From assembly GCA_048938105.1 (NCBI GenBank), contig JBHLMN010000007.1:1-64000 (forward strand): a stretch of 64,000 bases of DNA. Reading direction: 5' to 3'. Positions 20,601 through 29,605 of this stretch are shown here, in pieces (position 1 is the first letter of the stretch; every line of letters starts with the position of its first letter). The notes beneath the pieces were generated by a model. The model searched no databases. It saw nothing but the letters and a program-made list of their open reading frames with translations, and was not told where the DNA came from. The DNA is from Promethearchaeota archaeon. Its GTDB lineage: Archaea > Asgardarchaeota > Heimdallarchaeia > Hodarchaeales > Hodarchaeaceae. The position numbers and the translations under genes were made by a program.

Positions 20601-22419
20601 TCTACTAGGGAAAGAAGTTTTTCCCTTAAATTTCCAGAATAATATTGAAATATATTGGGAATGCTTTGAAGACTATTTATATACAATGACCCTTTACCGC
20701 AATGGCACACCTTTGACTCTGACCTATTTGGATAATTTTTGTTTAAAATATAATTTAGACGATCCACGTAATTGGACTATGAAACATATCATTGCTCCTG
20801 GTACGTTAACCGAGGGAACGTGGAATTTTACCATGGTTCTTCAAGATATGAGTAATAATATTGCCACCAGTACTGTTATTATAACTATAACTCCCACTGA
20901 TAATTCCGATCCCAATATACAAGTCTCTCCAAGTTCATCCTTATTATTAGGTTACGGTAACACACTTTCAGCAACGGTTGATGATACAAATCCTGCTTAT
21001 TTTGAATTGAAACTGGATAACACCACTCTTCTCTCTACTGGTGAGTGGCTAAGTAATGATCCTGTATTTATTGATATTGACACACTGACACACACAATTT
21101 CTGTTGGTCCTAATGAACTTTATTTCAACTTTTACGATCTTGCAGGAAACCTTCTTAGTCATCATTGGACTTTTACTCTTGTGGATGCGGATAAACCCGT
21201 CCTTTTAGTGGCACCAGAACCACAAATCACTATTTTTGAGCATAACTACACTAAATTAGAGTTACCATACTGGTCAATAGCGGATCTCGATCCACGACCG
21301 GGAACATACGAAATCTTAAGGAATGGAATATCAATTGCCACTGGAACTTGGGTTAAAGGTAATGCAACGTTTAGCCTTCCATTTGCAGGTCTTACTCCTG
21401 GTGATTATACTTATGACGCATACTTCCGTGATGTTACAGGAAACACACTGTATTCCTCTATTGAAGTTACGATGTTAGATATAATTAAACCACTGATAAT
21501 GTCTGTCGGTAGAACTCAATACGAACCGCTTTATTCTCCAAACTGGTTCGAATTCTATGTAAGCGAGCTTCATCCCTCTCAATACAAATTATATAGTAAT
21601 GGAACACTTATCGAGGATTTACCATTACTTTCAGGAAATCCATATGTATTCGTCAGCTTACTTGGATTATCAACAGGTGTTTACGAGTACAATTTGGTCG
21701 TTGAAGACGAATCTGGAAATGTTGGTGAACTATCAGTCATCGTTAAAGTCACCGATTTCACCCCACCTCTCATTATTCAGCCAGATGATCTAATCATTTC
21801 AGAGGGGACTACAGGTCATTTCTTGAGGTGGTTTATACTTGAAGCCAACCCGAATAATTACTCAATTTATCTGGATGGTTCAATTCATTCTTCAGGTACC
21901 TTAACTGCTACTAATCTCTCTGTTTCTTTAGATAGTCTAACATTAGGTGTTCATACCTTTGTCTTAATAGTCTATGATCAATTCGAGTTATCTCATACCT
22001 GTACTTCACAGGTATCGATAGTGGATATCACAGCACCGACATTAACACACATTTCGGATTGTAGATTTGTGGTTGGAGATCTACATGCTAAAGTAACTTG
22101 GTCAGCTTATGATTTGCACCCAGCTTCCTATGAATTCAAGCGAAATAATGAACCACTAGGAAAATTTGATTGGGATGGATCAGATATTGTATTACAACTT
22201 GTCGGTTGGGTCGCTGGAAACCATACGCTCTACTTAGAAGTCAAAGACACCTCTGGTAACATTGTAACTGATGAAGTTCTCATTGAATTAGTTTTAGAAG
22301 AAAAAATACAGTCCCTAGCTCCTGTTCAAACACCTGGTTTCAACTTGATCCTTGTTGGATTAGCTGTTTTTGCTATTATCAATCTTAGGAAGGTAAAAAG
22401 AAAGAAGCAAAGGAAATGA
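17653..22419 (+). CDS. Large cell-surface protein with Ig-like repeats and a PGF-CTERM-like anchor
   Basis: ATGA overlap with the upstream gene; signal peptide; N.GNVND (NPCBM-assoc/CARDB-like) and D.SGN Ig repeats; C-terminal TPGF + TM + KRKKQRK. Confidence 0.85.
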   Translation: MNISLKEYRIKIISIILIFLIGYSSVAIINADSQSRLLQISNQEFTKESEEIMHHMQESIKNDLNQQIFPSEVSMPLSPEEFSGIARTLEKNLYDSWIASPEYSSFSQETIEGWEVTKEQTPDKATLVLKTNYHDGDYIEKTVFSQRPVITVLHFNDSLFENISVPVLPKTEIPEDFVPEYTTTTYRVDFGIDLPGVNIDKSVKYTHKIFGINQWKVKAWFKFNFKVTLTFPIDLVITHPKRIFEGHEYEFSCKVNPVNIEDFNEYELTCQADYGYSRHRWKHYSSCTKKCWIFCCPGKRKSWWDWSCTDYYRKTPGFSKTKSFTTPLGGDKISFELPKVTLAKLGGIFGDLITFSVSLGKTELTGESVTGLMIISPELWNSRLISWNAAGQTESTSFTVLSHLITPSIDFAITGLTYWLSKITFKPYIELKFGGLLFFLGTITWYLGEIPIECPFPIYTTNWFSSSISVTEDYSAIYDFDMSITKVQDLAPSPFGPYQKFEIDLTNSNLKPDQSDTIELEVLGLPKGFRYEFDLDPALYKLSGETQVDPSEFTVEYGGEPGGISSLFTPNPNPFGVAGQTKATLIIYGPELTDAPPGDWSFTINATSLQSVQYELPDPFITQTAVLTVPETYGVDLEFAPQLYDGMRVNQGDHVAIGFSGQNLGNVNDIINVTARLNTGIANHTWSEEFIVNPYGSEPDNHFLGAFSFVFDRSDVFPDPGLYEFELSANSSHTPYFDKQKTLILNFSEAYGVEASITPETTTVFANWETNFTFSFNNTGNVNDSFIIDTVGWDDYLTYPQIIENVSPMEQQDVIITLRISDPDIVTPDTYNFGIIVTSVKSGANLVFSACEVSIAILEPDRVAPGIYFHEPKYLLDQYIYPELNYRRDQYIYPESPITHNFAWRAVDEYPNSYTVYINGLEFDTGSWTNETVVNVPVTGTNPLVVGVYNITIAFTDISNNVAEDQILLEIVPQDTANPIITYLLGKEVFPLNFQNNIEIYWECFEDYLYTMTLYRNGTPLTLTYLDNFCLKYNLDDPRNWTMKHIIAPGTLTEGTWNFTMVLQDMSNNIATSTVIITITPTDNSDPNIQVSPSSSLLLGYGNTLSATVDDTNPAYFELKLDNTTLLSTGEWLSNDPVFIDIDTLTHTISVGPNELYFNFYDLAGNLLSHHWTFTLVDADKPVLLVAPEPQITIFEHNYTKLELPYWSIADLDPRPGTYEILRNGISIATGTWVKGNATFSLPFAGLTPGDYTYDAYFRDVTGNTLYSSIEVTMLDIIKPLIMSVGRTQYEPLYSPNWFEFYVSELHPSQYKLYSNGTLIEDLPLLSGNPYVFVSLLGLSTGVYEYNLVVEDESGNVGELSVIVKVTDFTPPLIIQPDDLIISEGTTGHFLRWFILEANPNNYSIYLDGSIHSSGTLTATNLSVSLDSLTLGVHTFVLIVYDQFELSHTCTSQVSIVDITAPTLTHISDCRFVVGDLHAKVTWSAYDLHPASYEFKRNNEPLGKFDWDGSDIVLQLVGWVAGNHTLYLEVKDTSGNIVTDEVLIELVLEEKIQSLAPVQTPGFNLILVGLAVFAIINLRKVKRKKQRK

Positions 22420-22438
22420 TCACTTATTAATTCTGATA

Positions 22439-22473
22439 AACATCCAAAAGACATCGATTATCTTTTGGATGTT
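22439..22473 (+). terminator. Perfect 13-bp stem-loop downstream of the surface-protein operon
   Basis: AACATCCAAAAGA-catcgatta-TCTTTTGGATGTT about 20 bp after the stop codon, followed by T-rich sequence. Confidence 0.6.
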
Positions 22474-22611
22474 CCTTTATTATTTCAGATAATCTTTTCA
22501 ATAGTGTTCGTTGTAACTCCTTGACTGAAATAGCTGGCAACAAATTTTCCGTTATTAAATTATACCTCTGTGTGGAAGCCAATTGGCAGTTCAGATATTG
22601 AGTGATTTACA

Positions 22612-23568
22612 TTGGTAGTCATTGATTGTCATGCTGATACATTATTGAAAAAATATCTTGAGAAATTGATTCCATCTCAATTTTGTCGAGAAGTTACGGA
22701 GTTTCATGTATCCAAGGACTATCTTATTCAAGGAGGAGTTGATGTGCAAGTCTTTGCAATTTTTATTCCACAAGGACTTGAGAAACTTGGAGTCGATATT
22801 ACATTTGAAATGATATCATTAGCAAGAGAAATGGAAAAAGATGGTTTTACCCTTATTAAATCAAAAACAACTTTAGAAAAGATAATAAATAAGAAAGAAA
22901 ACAATATCGGAATGATATTAAGCCTAGAAGGAACAGTAGTTCTAGAAAGAAACCCTCAACTCCTTCCTATCTTCTATGAACTAGGTATACGTAATATTGG
23001 CTTAAGTTGGAGTCGTAAAAATCTGTTCTGTGAGGGAGTAATGTTTCCAGAAACCAATGTTGAAGGAGAGGGATTGTCAATTTATGGTAAAGAACTTGTT
23101 GAACACATGGAGACACTTGGTTTGGTGGTTGACGTCTCACATCTGAACCAAAAAGGGTTTTCTGATGTCACTAAACTGTCAAACAAACCATTTATTGCCT
23201 CGCATTCAAATGCACATAAACTCTGTCCAAATATTAGAAATTTGTCAGACGATCAATTAATGCAGATTGCTAGTGCTGATGGAGTAGTGGGGGTTAATTT
23301 TTGTACCGCTTTTTTAACCAATAAGAAACAAGCTTCCATCAACGATATTATTAAACATATAGGCTACATTGCTGAACTTATAGGCGTAGAATATGTGGGT
23401 TTGGGATCAGACTTTGATGGCATCGGAATTACACCTAAAGGGCTAGAAAATGCCAGTAAGATGAAGAATATCCCTCCATTGCTAGAAAAAGAAGGATTTA
23501 GCGAGCAAGACATTGCTAAAATTCTAGGTGGTAATTTTCAACGAGTATTTAACAAGGTCTGGAAATAA
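22612..23568 (+). CDS. Membrane (renal-type, M19) dipeptidase
   Basis: DCHAD, SLEG, VDVSHL, IASHSN, RNLSDDQL and GLGSDFDG motifs. Confidence 0.9.
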   Translation: MVVIDCHADTLLKKYLEKLIPSQFCREVTEFHVSKDYLIQGGVDVQVFAIFIPQGLEKLGVDITFEMISLAREMEKDGFTLIKSKTTLEKIINKKENNIGMILSLEGTVVLERNPQLLPIFYELGIRNIGLSWSRKNLFCEGVMFPETNVEGEGLSIYGKELVEHMETLGLVVDVSHLNQKGFSDVTKLSNKPFIASHSNAHKLCPNIRNLSDDQLMQIASADGVVGVNFCTAFLTNKKQASINDIIKHIGYIAELIGVEYVGLGSDFDGIGITPKGLENASKMKNIPPLLEKEGFSEQDIAKILGGNFQRVFNKVWK

Positions 23569-23578
23569 ATTAGAAGAA

Positions 23579-23908
23579 TTAGTCAAAGTCAAAAATACTG
23601 CGCCCTTTGTTAAACAATTCGATATGCCCACAATTGCGGCAGGTACACATGACAACCTTAAACGAAGTAAACCCCCACTTGCTATCTAAACGTCCAGTGT
23701 CCTTAGCAAAATCCTGTCCACCACATAAAGAACAGCGTATCACAAGGTGTTCACCTGTACCTCTATTTCCAAATCCAATTGAATCTGAGCGGTTTGGATG
23801 CGAAGGTTGATAACCCGCTACTTCTGATGTTCCCAAGGTAGCTCCACAGAAACGACAAAATTGTGATTTAGGATTATTTTCTTGTCCACAAGTTTCACAA
23901 AATACCAT
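23579..23908 (-). CDS. Double zinc-ribbon protein
   Basis: CETCG..N....FCRFCG plus a second CSLCG...CRNCGHIELF ribbon. Confidence 0.75.
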   Translation of the reverse strand: MVFCETCGQENNPKSQFCRFCGATLGTSEVAGYQPSHPNRSDSIGFGNRGTGEHLVIRCSLCGGQDFAKDTGRLDSKWGFTSFKVVMCTCRNCGHIELFNKGRSIFDFD

Positions 23909-24060
23909 TATTTATTTCACTTTATTTGATCTGATTGTTCGATTTAAGTGAATTTTAAATTTAAATTAAAACTTTGGATATCGGAAAATCTGAAAGAATT
24001 TTAGGTATATCTTTTCTGTATTCACTTGGTATCCGATAGTATTCTAACGAAATCTATCTA

Positions 24061-24074
24061 AACAAATATTTGTT
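24061..24074. promoter_or_regulatory. Perfect 14-bp palindrome in a divergent intergenic region
   Basis: AACAAATATTTGTT; AT-rich, so it may be a chance occurrence. Confidence 0.25.
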
Positions 24075-24156
24075 CATCTATTATAACATAATTATCCTTT
24101 ATAATAGTGATTTTAACCCATATGCCAGCATACCAAGTATTTATGGGGTTTTATGA

Positions 24157-25353
24157 ATGCCTTTCACTATAGAAGAGATTCTTTATGGACTTTATCATTT
24201 TTCCTTTGCTATTACATCCCCATTTGTTTCTTGGTATTTTTTCCGTCTTTCAGGAGGAGATTTTTTCGCATCGGGGTTAATTATTGCTATCCCCTATATT
24301 TTCTTGATTTTCTCAACAGGTATATATGGTCGTATAAGTGATATAATTGGTTCAAAAAATCTCATTCTCACTTCACTAGCCTTTTATTCAACATCCTTTG
24401 TGTTTTATTATATCATTCATGAAAATGTTATTTTCTTCTTTCTCGCTTATATATGTTTTAATTTTATATTTTCTGCTTTTATACCTGCATTTAACAGACT
24501 GATTTCTTTTTATAGCATCGATGAACGAGCTGAAAAATTTGGGCGATTGGGTATGATGGCTAGTACTGGATTTCTTATAGGAAGTATCATTGCCTCTGTG
24601 TTCATTAATTCGAGGGAAACTTATCGAAATATGTTCCTTATTGCAGCATTTATAGCTTTTATTGCTTTCTTGATTGCCTTTAAACTAAATGAGCTAAGGA
24701 AAGACTCTTCAATTAACTCCCACTCTCCATCTAAAATAGATACTATCTCAACACTAGAAATCCCGATTAACTCATCCATGAGGCCTATTTTTCTCCTCTT
24801 GACCCTTTTTATGTTTTCCCAGATTGCCAATAGTGTCGTTATAAGTTATTTTGCTATTTTTGTAGAGGATGAATTAAAAGCAAATGTAAGTCTAGTGGCT
24901 GTTGTTAATAGTATCGCAACTTTTCTAGGTGTTTTTGCGACTTATTATGTTGGTAAAATGGTTAAGATATTTAGAAAGAAACATCTTGTCCTCTTAGCAT
25001 TGGGTCTTTACACTATTCTCCCTTTTATTTCATACATTATTAATAATTCACTTTTTATTCTCTGTATTTATTGTATTCCACTCTATGCCATATTTTTTGT
25101 CTTGATCCCTGTCTTCATCTCTGAGAATAGCCCCGAATCAAGACGAGGAGAATCAATGGGTTTCTATAGCTCTTTTCAATATATTGGATTAGCAATAGGA
25201 ACGCTTGTAGGGGGCTTTTTTGCTTCAATAACTGGTTTAGTTAGGCAAAATTTTCTTTTTGGGGCATTTGTAGGCTTTTTTGCCATCTTAATTTGTCTTT
25301 TATTTTTTAAAGAACCTACGAATGAAATTTCCTCCTCCTCTTCTCCTCAATAA
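24157..25353 (+). CDS. MFS transporter
   Basis: About 12 TM helices; motif A G.ISD.IG.K; ESRRGE.MG. Confidence 0.85.
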   Translation: MPFTIEEILYGLYHFSFAITSPFVSWYFFRLSGGDFFASGLIIAIPYIFLIFSTGIYGRISDIIGSKNLILTSLAFYSTSFVFYYIIHENVIFFFLAYICFNFIFSAFIPAFNRLISFYSIDERAEKFGRLGMMASTGFLIGSIIASVFINSRETYRNMFLIAAFIAFIAFLIAFKLNELRKDSSINSHSPSKIDTISTLEIPINSSMRPIFLLLTLFMFSQIANSVVISYFAIFVEDELKANVSLVAVVNSIATFLGVFATYYVGKMVKIFRKKHLVLLALGLYTILPFISYIINNSLFILCIYCIPLYAIFFVLIPVFISENSPESRRGESMGFYSSFQYIGLAIGTLVGGFFASITGLVRQNFLFGAFVGFFAILICLLFFKEPTNEISSSSSPQ

Positions 25354-25384
25354 CACAACTAAGACGTTCAGTTATTTTTTAGCT

Positions 25385-25882
25385 TTAAGAAGCCCCAGAA
25401 ATGTGTAAGATATCTGTTTCAATCTTATCAAATTGTTCATCACCAGGGAACATCATTCGGGCTTCTTCAAGTAGTCTTCTAGCTTCTCGGATCAATTTGG
25501 CTTTGACACTCGCTTCAATCCATACTATCCAATCAATTTTTTCCATGTGTAAAGGATACAATACATTAAACTGCTTATAAAGGTTTTCCGCTTTTAAATA
25601 GTACTCAAATTCTTCTGCACCTAGCTCAAGATAGTTATTGGCTAATTTTCGTATCACTTCAATGTGTTTAGGGGGAGTACTTCTTGTTTCTGGTGTGTTC
25701 AACTTCTCTTCGAGTAATCGTACTTGACCTTTCAGACTGATTTTTTTTCGTCCTTTCACAACAGGCCGTCCTAGATCTGCTATATCTTCTCGTGCGTCTA
25801 ACCCTTTCTGAAATGAAAGTTCTGATTCAGTCCGTACTTGTTTAGTTTTCGATTTCCCACGAATTTTCTTAAGAAAACCCAT
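25385..25882 (-). CDS. Hypothetical protein with TPR-like C-terminal helices
   Basis: LANNYLELG and EARRLLEEARMMFPGD resemble TPR helix pairs. Confidence 0.5.
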   Translation of the reverse strand: MGFLKKIRGKSKTKQVRTESELSFQKGLDAREDIADLGRPVVKGRKKISLKGQVRLLEEKLNTPETRSTPPKHIEVIRKLANNYLELGAEEFEYYLKAENLYKQFNVLYPLHMEKIDWIVWIEASVKAKLIREARRLLEEARMMFPGDEQFDKIETDILHISGAS

Positions 25883-26095
25883 TTTTCACACCTTTTCAAA
25901 ATTTACAGCATAATTTGTTTGCTGATTTCAGTCTATTTAGTCAATTATCGATTATTATTATATATACATAACCCGTTTTTTAAACTTATGTGGTTTTATA
26001 AGAGAAATTGCATTACATTTCTATAATGGAATACAGGTATTTTCCCCTTAAATCTCCTTATGGGTACATTTCGATGTTAAGTTCATTCAATAGGG

Positions 26096-27520
26096 TCAAT
26101 GATGATGAACATTCCCCTCTATCAAAGCATGATAGTCTTTTGGCCTCATCAATCTACCGAATGCTCGTTCAACAACTTCACTAAGAGCTGGATGAATATG
26201 CATACCTCTACTAATTGGAAGACTACTGCGGTCTGACGTATACATTAGGTTTATAATCTCTTGGATTAAAATACTTGCTTGAGGTCCAATAATGTGTGCT
26301 CCTAGAATACGTCTATTGCTATCAAGTATAACTTTAACAAAATAATCGTACACATCCATTGCCATCCCTTTAGCAGTATCTTCATACTTCTGATAACCAA
26401 TGATAATGTTGTCTTCTCCATATTCAGCAATTGCTTCCTTTTCCCGTAATCCTACCCTAGCTATTTCAGGATAAGAAAAAACAGCGCTTGGAATAGCGTG
26501 ATAATCAACTTCTACTTTATTTTTTAGTATAGCATTATAATAAACTACCATTGACTCATAATTTCCCACATGCTTAAAGAGATGGTTACCATTCGCATCT
26601 CCAAAAGCCCAAACATTCGATTGAGAGGTTTCTAGATATTCATCTACCTTAATCCATCCATTTTCATCAGTATCTATCCCAGCCTTTTCTGGATGTAAGA
26701 TGTCACTATTAGAGCCTCTTCCCGAAGCAATAAGTACTTCTTCCGTAGTAAATCTTCTCAACTCGCCATTGATCCGATTTTTAGCCGTAATTTCTTTTGA
26801 ATTTCCATTTATTTTTGCTTTGATAGCTTCATGATCAGTATAAATCGTCATATGTTTCCCCAACTTTCTCTGAGCAACCAATGAAACTTCAGGTTCTTCC
26901 TGGGGGAGGAATTGGGGATTTCTTCCAATAATAATCACTTTTGATCCCATAGTCGAGAAAAAATGTCCATATTCAGCAGCAATATACCCTCCTCCAATGA
27001 TTATCAGACTTTGGGGAAGCTTTTTTATATGTAAAATGCTATCACTTGTATGATAACCTATTTCCTCTAGTCCAGAAATAGCTGGGATAACAGGTTTAGA
27101 TCCTGTACAAAGAAAAATCATTTTTGCAGTAATAATCTCATTTCCTACTTTAAGTTCATAAGGGGCTGTAAACTGCGCTATAGTGGGATAATAGTCAATA
27201 TCTTCTGAGTGAGAAAGGCCACTCCTGATATTCTCAATATCCTCATCGATAATCGATCGCATTCGGGCCATAATCCCAGGAAAATCAATTTTGTTAATTT
27301 CAACATCGATTCCAAGTTGTTTAGCATGTTCAATTTCACGAACGAGTTCTGCTGGATATAATAGAATCTTTGTAGGAATACATCCACGAGTTAAACAAAT
27401 TCCACCTGGTTCATCTTTATCAACAACAGCGATTTTCATGGACGGATTTTGTTGAAGAATAGGGCTTACGAGGTTCATTGCTGAACCTGTTCCAATAACA
27501 ATTAAATCGTAACTCTTCAT
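26096..27520 (-). CDS. Class I pyridine nucleotide-disulfide oxidoreductase (Lpd / mycothione reductase-like)
   Basis: GTGS FAD motif, redox CLTRGC, GGGYIAAE, FKHVGNYE and HIHPALSE. Confidence 0.85.
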   Translation of the reverse strand: MKSYDLIVIGTGSAMNLVSPILQQNPSMKIAVVDKDEPGGICLTRGCIPTKILLYPAELVREIEHAKQLGIDVEINKIDFPGIMARMRSIIDEDIENIRSGLSHSEDIDYYPTIAQFTAPYELKVGNEIITAKMIFLCTGSKPVIPAISGLEEIGYHTSDSILHIKKLPQSLIIIGGGYIAAEYGHFFSTMGSKVIIIGRNPQFLPQEEPEVSLVAQRKLGKHMTIYTDHEAIKAKINGNSKEITAKNRINGELRRFTTEEVLIASGRGSNSDILHPEKAGIDTDENGWIKVDEYLETSQSNVWAFGDANGNHLFKHVGNYESMVVYYNAILKNKVEVDYHAIPSAVFSYPEIARVGLREKEAIAEYGEDNIIIGYQKYEDTAKGMAMDVYDYFVKVILDSNRRILGAHIIGPQASILIQEIINLMYTSDRSSLPISRGMHIHPALSEVVERAFGRLMRPKDYHALIEGNVHHH

Positions 27521-27819
27521 TAAATCACATCAGACTATTAAAACGATGACCAATGATTTGATCTTTAAAGAAAGAAAAAAAGATATGGTATTAAAATCAC
27601 CTATTCTTTTTCCTACATAATTAGATACGATATAAATTATTGTTTACTAATCAATTCATTGAAGGAAGAAGAATCAACGATCCATGTTCTATCTTTGATT
27701 CTATAGGAACTTGATACCCATTAAATTGAACGATTTCACGTATTCAGTCTCTAGTTATCCCAAGGAATCCTATTGATTTAACATCATCTTAGATTAAAAA
27801 CAGTAAGGTTTCTTAAATC

Positions 27820-29073
27820 TTATTCATGAAAGATTGTCTTTGGATCTTGATATTCTAGAAGAGCTGTTGATGTTCCTGTTTCTAAAATTTCCAAAACTAC
27901 ACTAAATACTTCTCTATGTAATTTAATGCGATTTCTTAGTTCATTCCTTTTCATCTTGGACATATCAAATGATAAAGATTCAATTACATTTGCTCCTTTT
28001 GTGAAAGGGGAAGAAAATTTCCATTGTTTCTCACTCACCCATTGATAATAGTAAGCAAGGTTATATAAGACTGTGCTGACTAGAAAGTTCTTCTTATGAA
28101 CCCCAGGGGGAATATATCGGGGGATTCTGTCTGAAAGGTGATATTGTTTACATAATTCATGAACAATTTTGCAGGCATTCAGCATCTTCTTGGAATTTGG
28201 GCTCCCATATTTGTTATCTCTGTATAGATCTTGGTAAAGGGGCATTAGATCTGGAAAATGACGACGAACGACGCCCAAATACTCTTGTTTGTTTTTTCCT
28301 GGTTTTAATGTTAATCCACCAGGTATAATGAACTCTGCTCCCACCTCTTTAGCTCTTTTAACGATATTCTTCAAGTTTTCCTCAGTATCCCCAATCCCAG
28401 GTAGAATAGGCATTAGCATAATGCCACCAGGTATTTTATTCTGCCGTATAATATTAAGAGCTTCAAATCTTCTTAATGTTGAAGCGGATTTTGGTTCAAA
28501 AATTCTTTTCACTTCTTCATTGAATAATGTTATAGAAAAAGAGATGTTAGCATAATTCAAATCATTGATTTCCGAGAGTACATCTAAATCACGTAGAACT
28601 AGATTACTTTTTGTAAGAATCATAACAGGTACACCAAAATCACGGCTTTTCATCAGAATCTGCCTTGTAACATTAAATTTCTTTTCCGCTGGTTGATACA
28701 CATCGCATACTCCTCCACCTACAGCAATAGGAAAATGTGGTTTAGATTCAGCTTTGATAGGTTTCTTATTTCGTATATCAGGAAGAAACGCTTCTAAAGT
28801 ATTATCTTTAGGCCTATACTCTGGCCTATACCCCATTGCCAGGAGCTCTTTTTCATATCTTTGAGGAGCATCAATTTTAATCCTAATAAGATTACCAAAT
28901 TTCTCAATTTTATACCATTCAGCTTTTCCATCGCAATATGTACAATTATGCTCACAACCTCTGAAGGGATTAATACTCCCTCTCACCCAAAACCATGATT
29001 CTGTAGTAGGATAGAGATTCAATACCTTGGAACGGTTTTTAATAGCCTGATATTTAATTTCCAAAAGCAACAC
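27820..29073 (-). CDS. Radical SAM protein, SplB/Rv2578c-like DNA-repair-associated family
   Basis: NPFRGCEHNCTYC (CX3CX2C), D.YQPAE, ILTKS.LV.RD.D, FEP and MPILPGI.D. Confidence 0.85.
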   Translation of the reverse strand: MLLLEIKYQAIKNRSKVLNLYPTTESWFWVRGSINPFRGCEHNCTYCDGKAEWYKIEKFGNLIRIKIDAPQRYEKELLAMGYRPEYRPKDNTLEAFLPDIRNKKPIKAESKPHFPIAVGGGVCDVYQPAEKKFNVTRQILMKSRDFGVPVMILTKSNLVLRDLDVLSEINDLNYANISFSITLFNEEVKRIFEPKSASTLRRFEALNIIRQNKIPGGIMLMPILPGIGDTEENLKNIVKRAKEVGAEFIIPGGLTLKPGKNKQEYLGVVRRHFPDLMPLYQDLYRDNKYGSPNSKKMLNACKIVHELCKQYHLSDRIPRYIPPGVHKKNFLVSTVLYNLAYYYQWVSEKQWKFSSPFTKGANVIESLSFDMSKMKRNELRNRIKLHREVFSVVLEILETGTSTALLEYQDPKTIFHE

Positions 29074-29210
29074 TTCTAACTAAGAATTTTATGGATTATT
29101 AAAGAAGAATAGAGGGTTGCAGCAGACATATTTCTGGCTTTTAGCCATTATTACTAATTCCCATTTCATAAAAAAGAATTGTATGATTTTAAAAGATTAA
29201 TTGTCATTTA

Positions 29211-29486
29211 TCACCGATAATTAGTAGATAAATCTCGAAATCGTAAGTATGGGGCCAATAAATAAAGACTTTCTCTCAAATCTCTTAAATTTGCCTTCTT
29301 TTCAACCAATTTGTGTTTTTGTAACTGCCTCAGGCCATATTGAATCGTACGTTCCGAATATGGCAGCTCTTTCACTATATCTCTTACTGCTATGGGCGCC
29401 CTCTTTGCTTCTAGTAAATTAAAGATCGCTTTCGCACTAGGAGAAATTCGAATCTTAGCACTAGTTCCAATGAGCAGATACGACAT
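29211..29486 (-). CDS. Small winged-helix transcriptional regulator
   Basis: HTH (RDIVKELPYSERTIQYGLRQL) plus wing NLRD.RESLY, typical of archaeal MarR/ArsR-like regulators. Confidence 0.8.
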   Translation of the reverse strand: MSYLLIGTSAKIRISPSAKAIFNLLEAKRAPIAVRDIVKELPYSERTIQYGLRQLQKHKLVEKKANLRDLRESLYLLAPYLRFRDLSTNYR

Positions 29487-29514
29487 TTTTAAGGCCTATT
29501 TCAGAGTATTTTCC

Positions 29515-29545
29515 GCGCGCATGGCGCGCATTCTTCCTTTTTAAA
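29515..29545 (-). promoter_or_regulatory. TATA-like box plus GCGCGC-N3-GCGCGC operator upstream of the wHTH gene
   Basis: Minus-strand TTTAAAAA at 29545-29538; GCGCGC-atg-GCGCGC at 29515-29529, 29 bp upstream of the ATG. Confidence 0.55.
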
Positions 29546-29605
29546 TCTCTAGATACATGCAAAATCTTTCTACTTACCTCATTGGAATAATCTTATTAAA
29601 ATTTT

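Noticed and set aside
27652-27790. Minus-strand fragment DDVKSIGFLGITRD* resembling a PAC motif, and an AUGAUGU...CUGA C/D-like pair
   Set aside because: Too short, bounded by stop codons, with no internal C'/D' boxes or terminal stem; compatible with chance.
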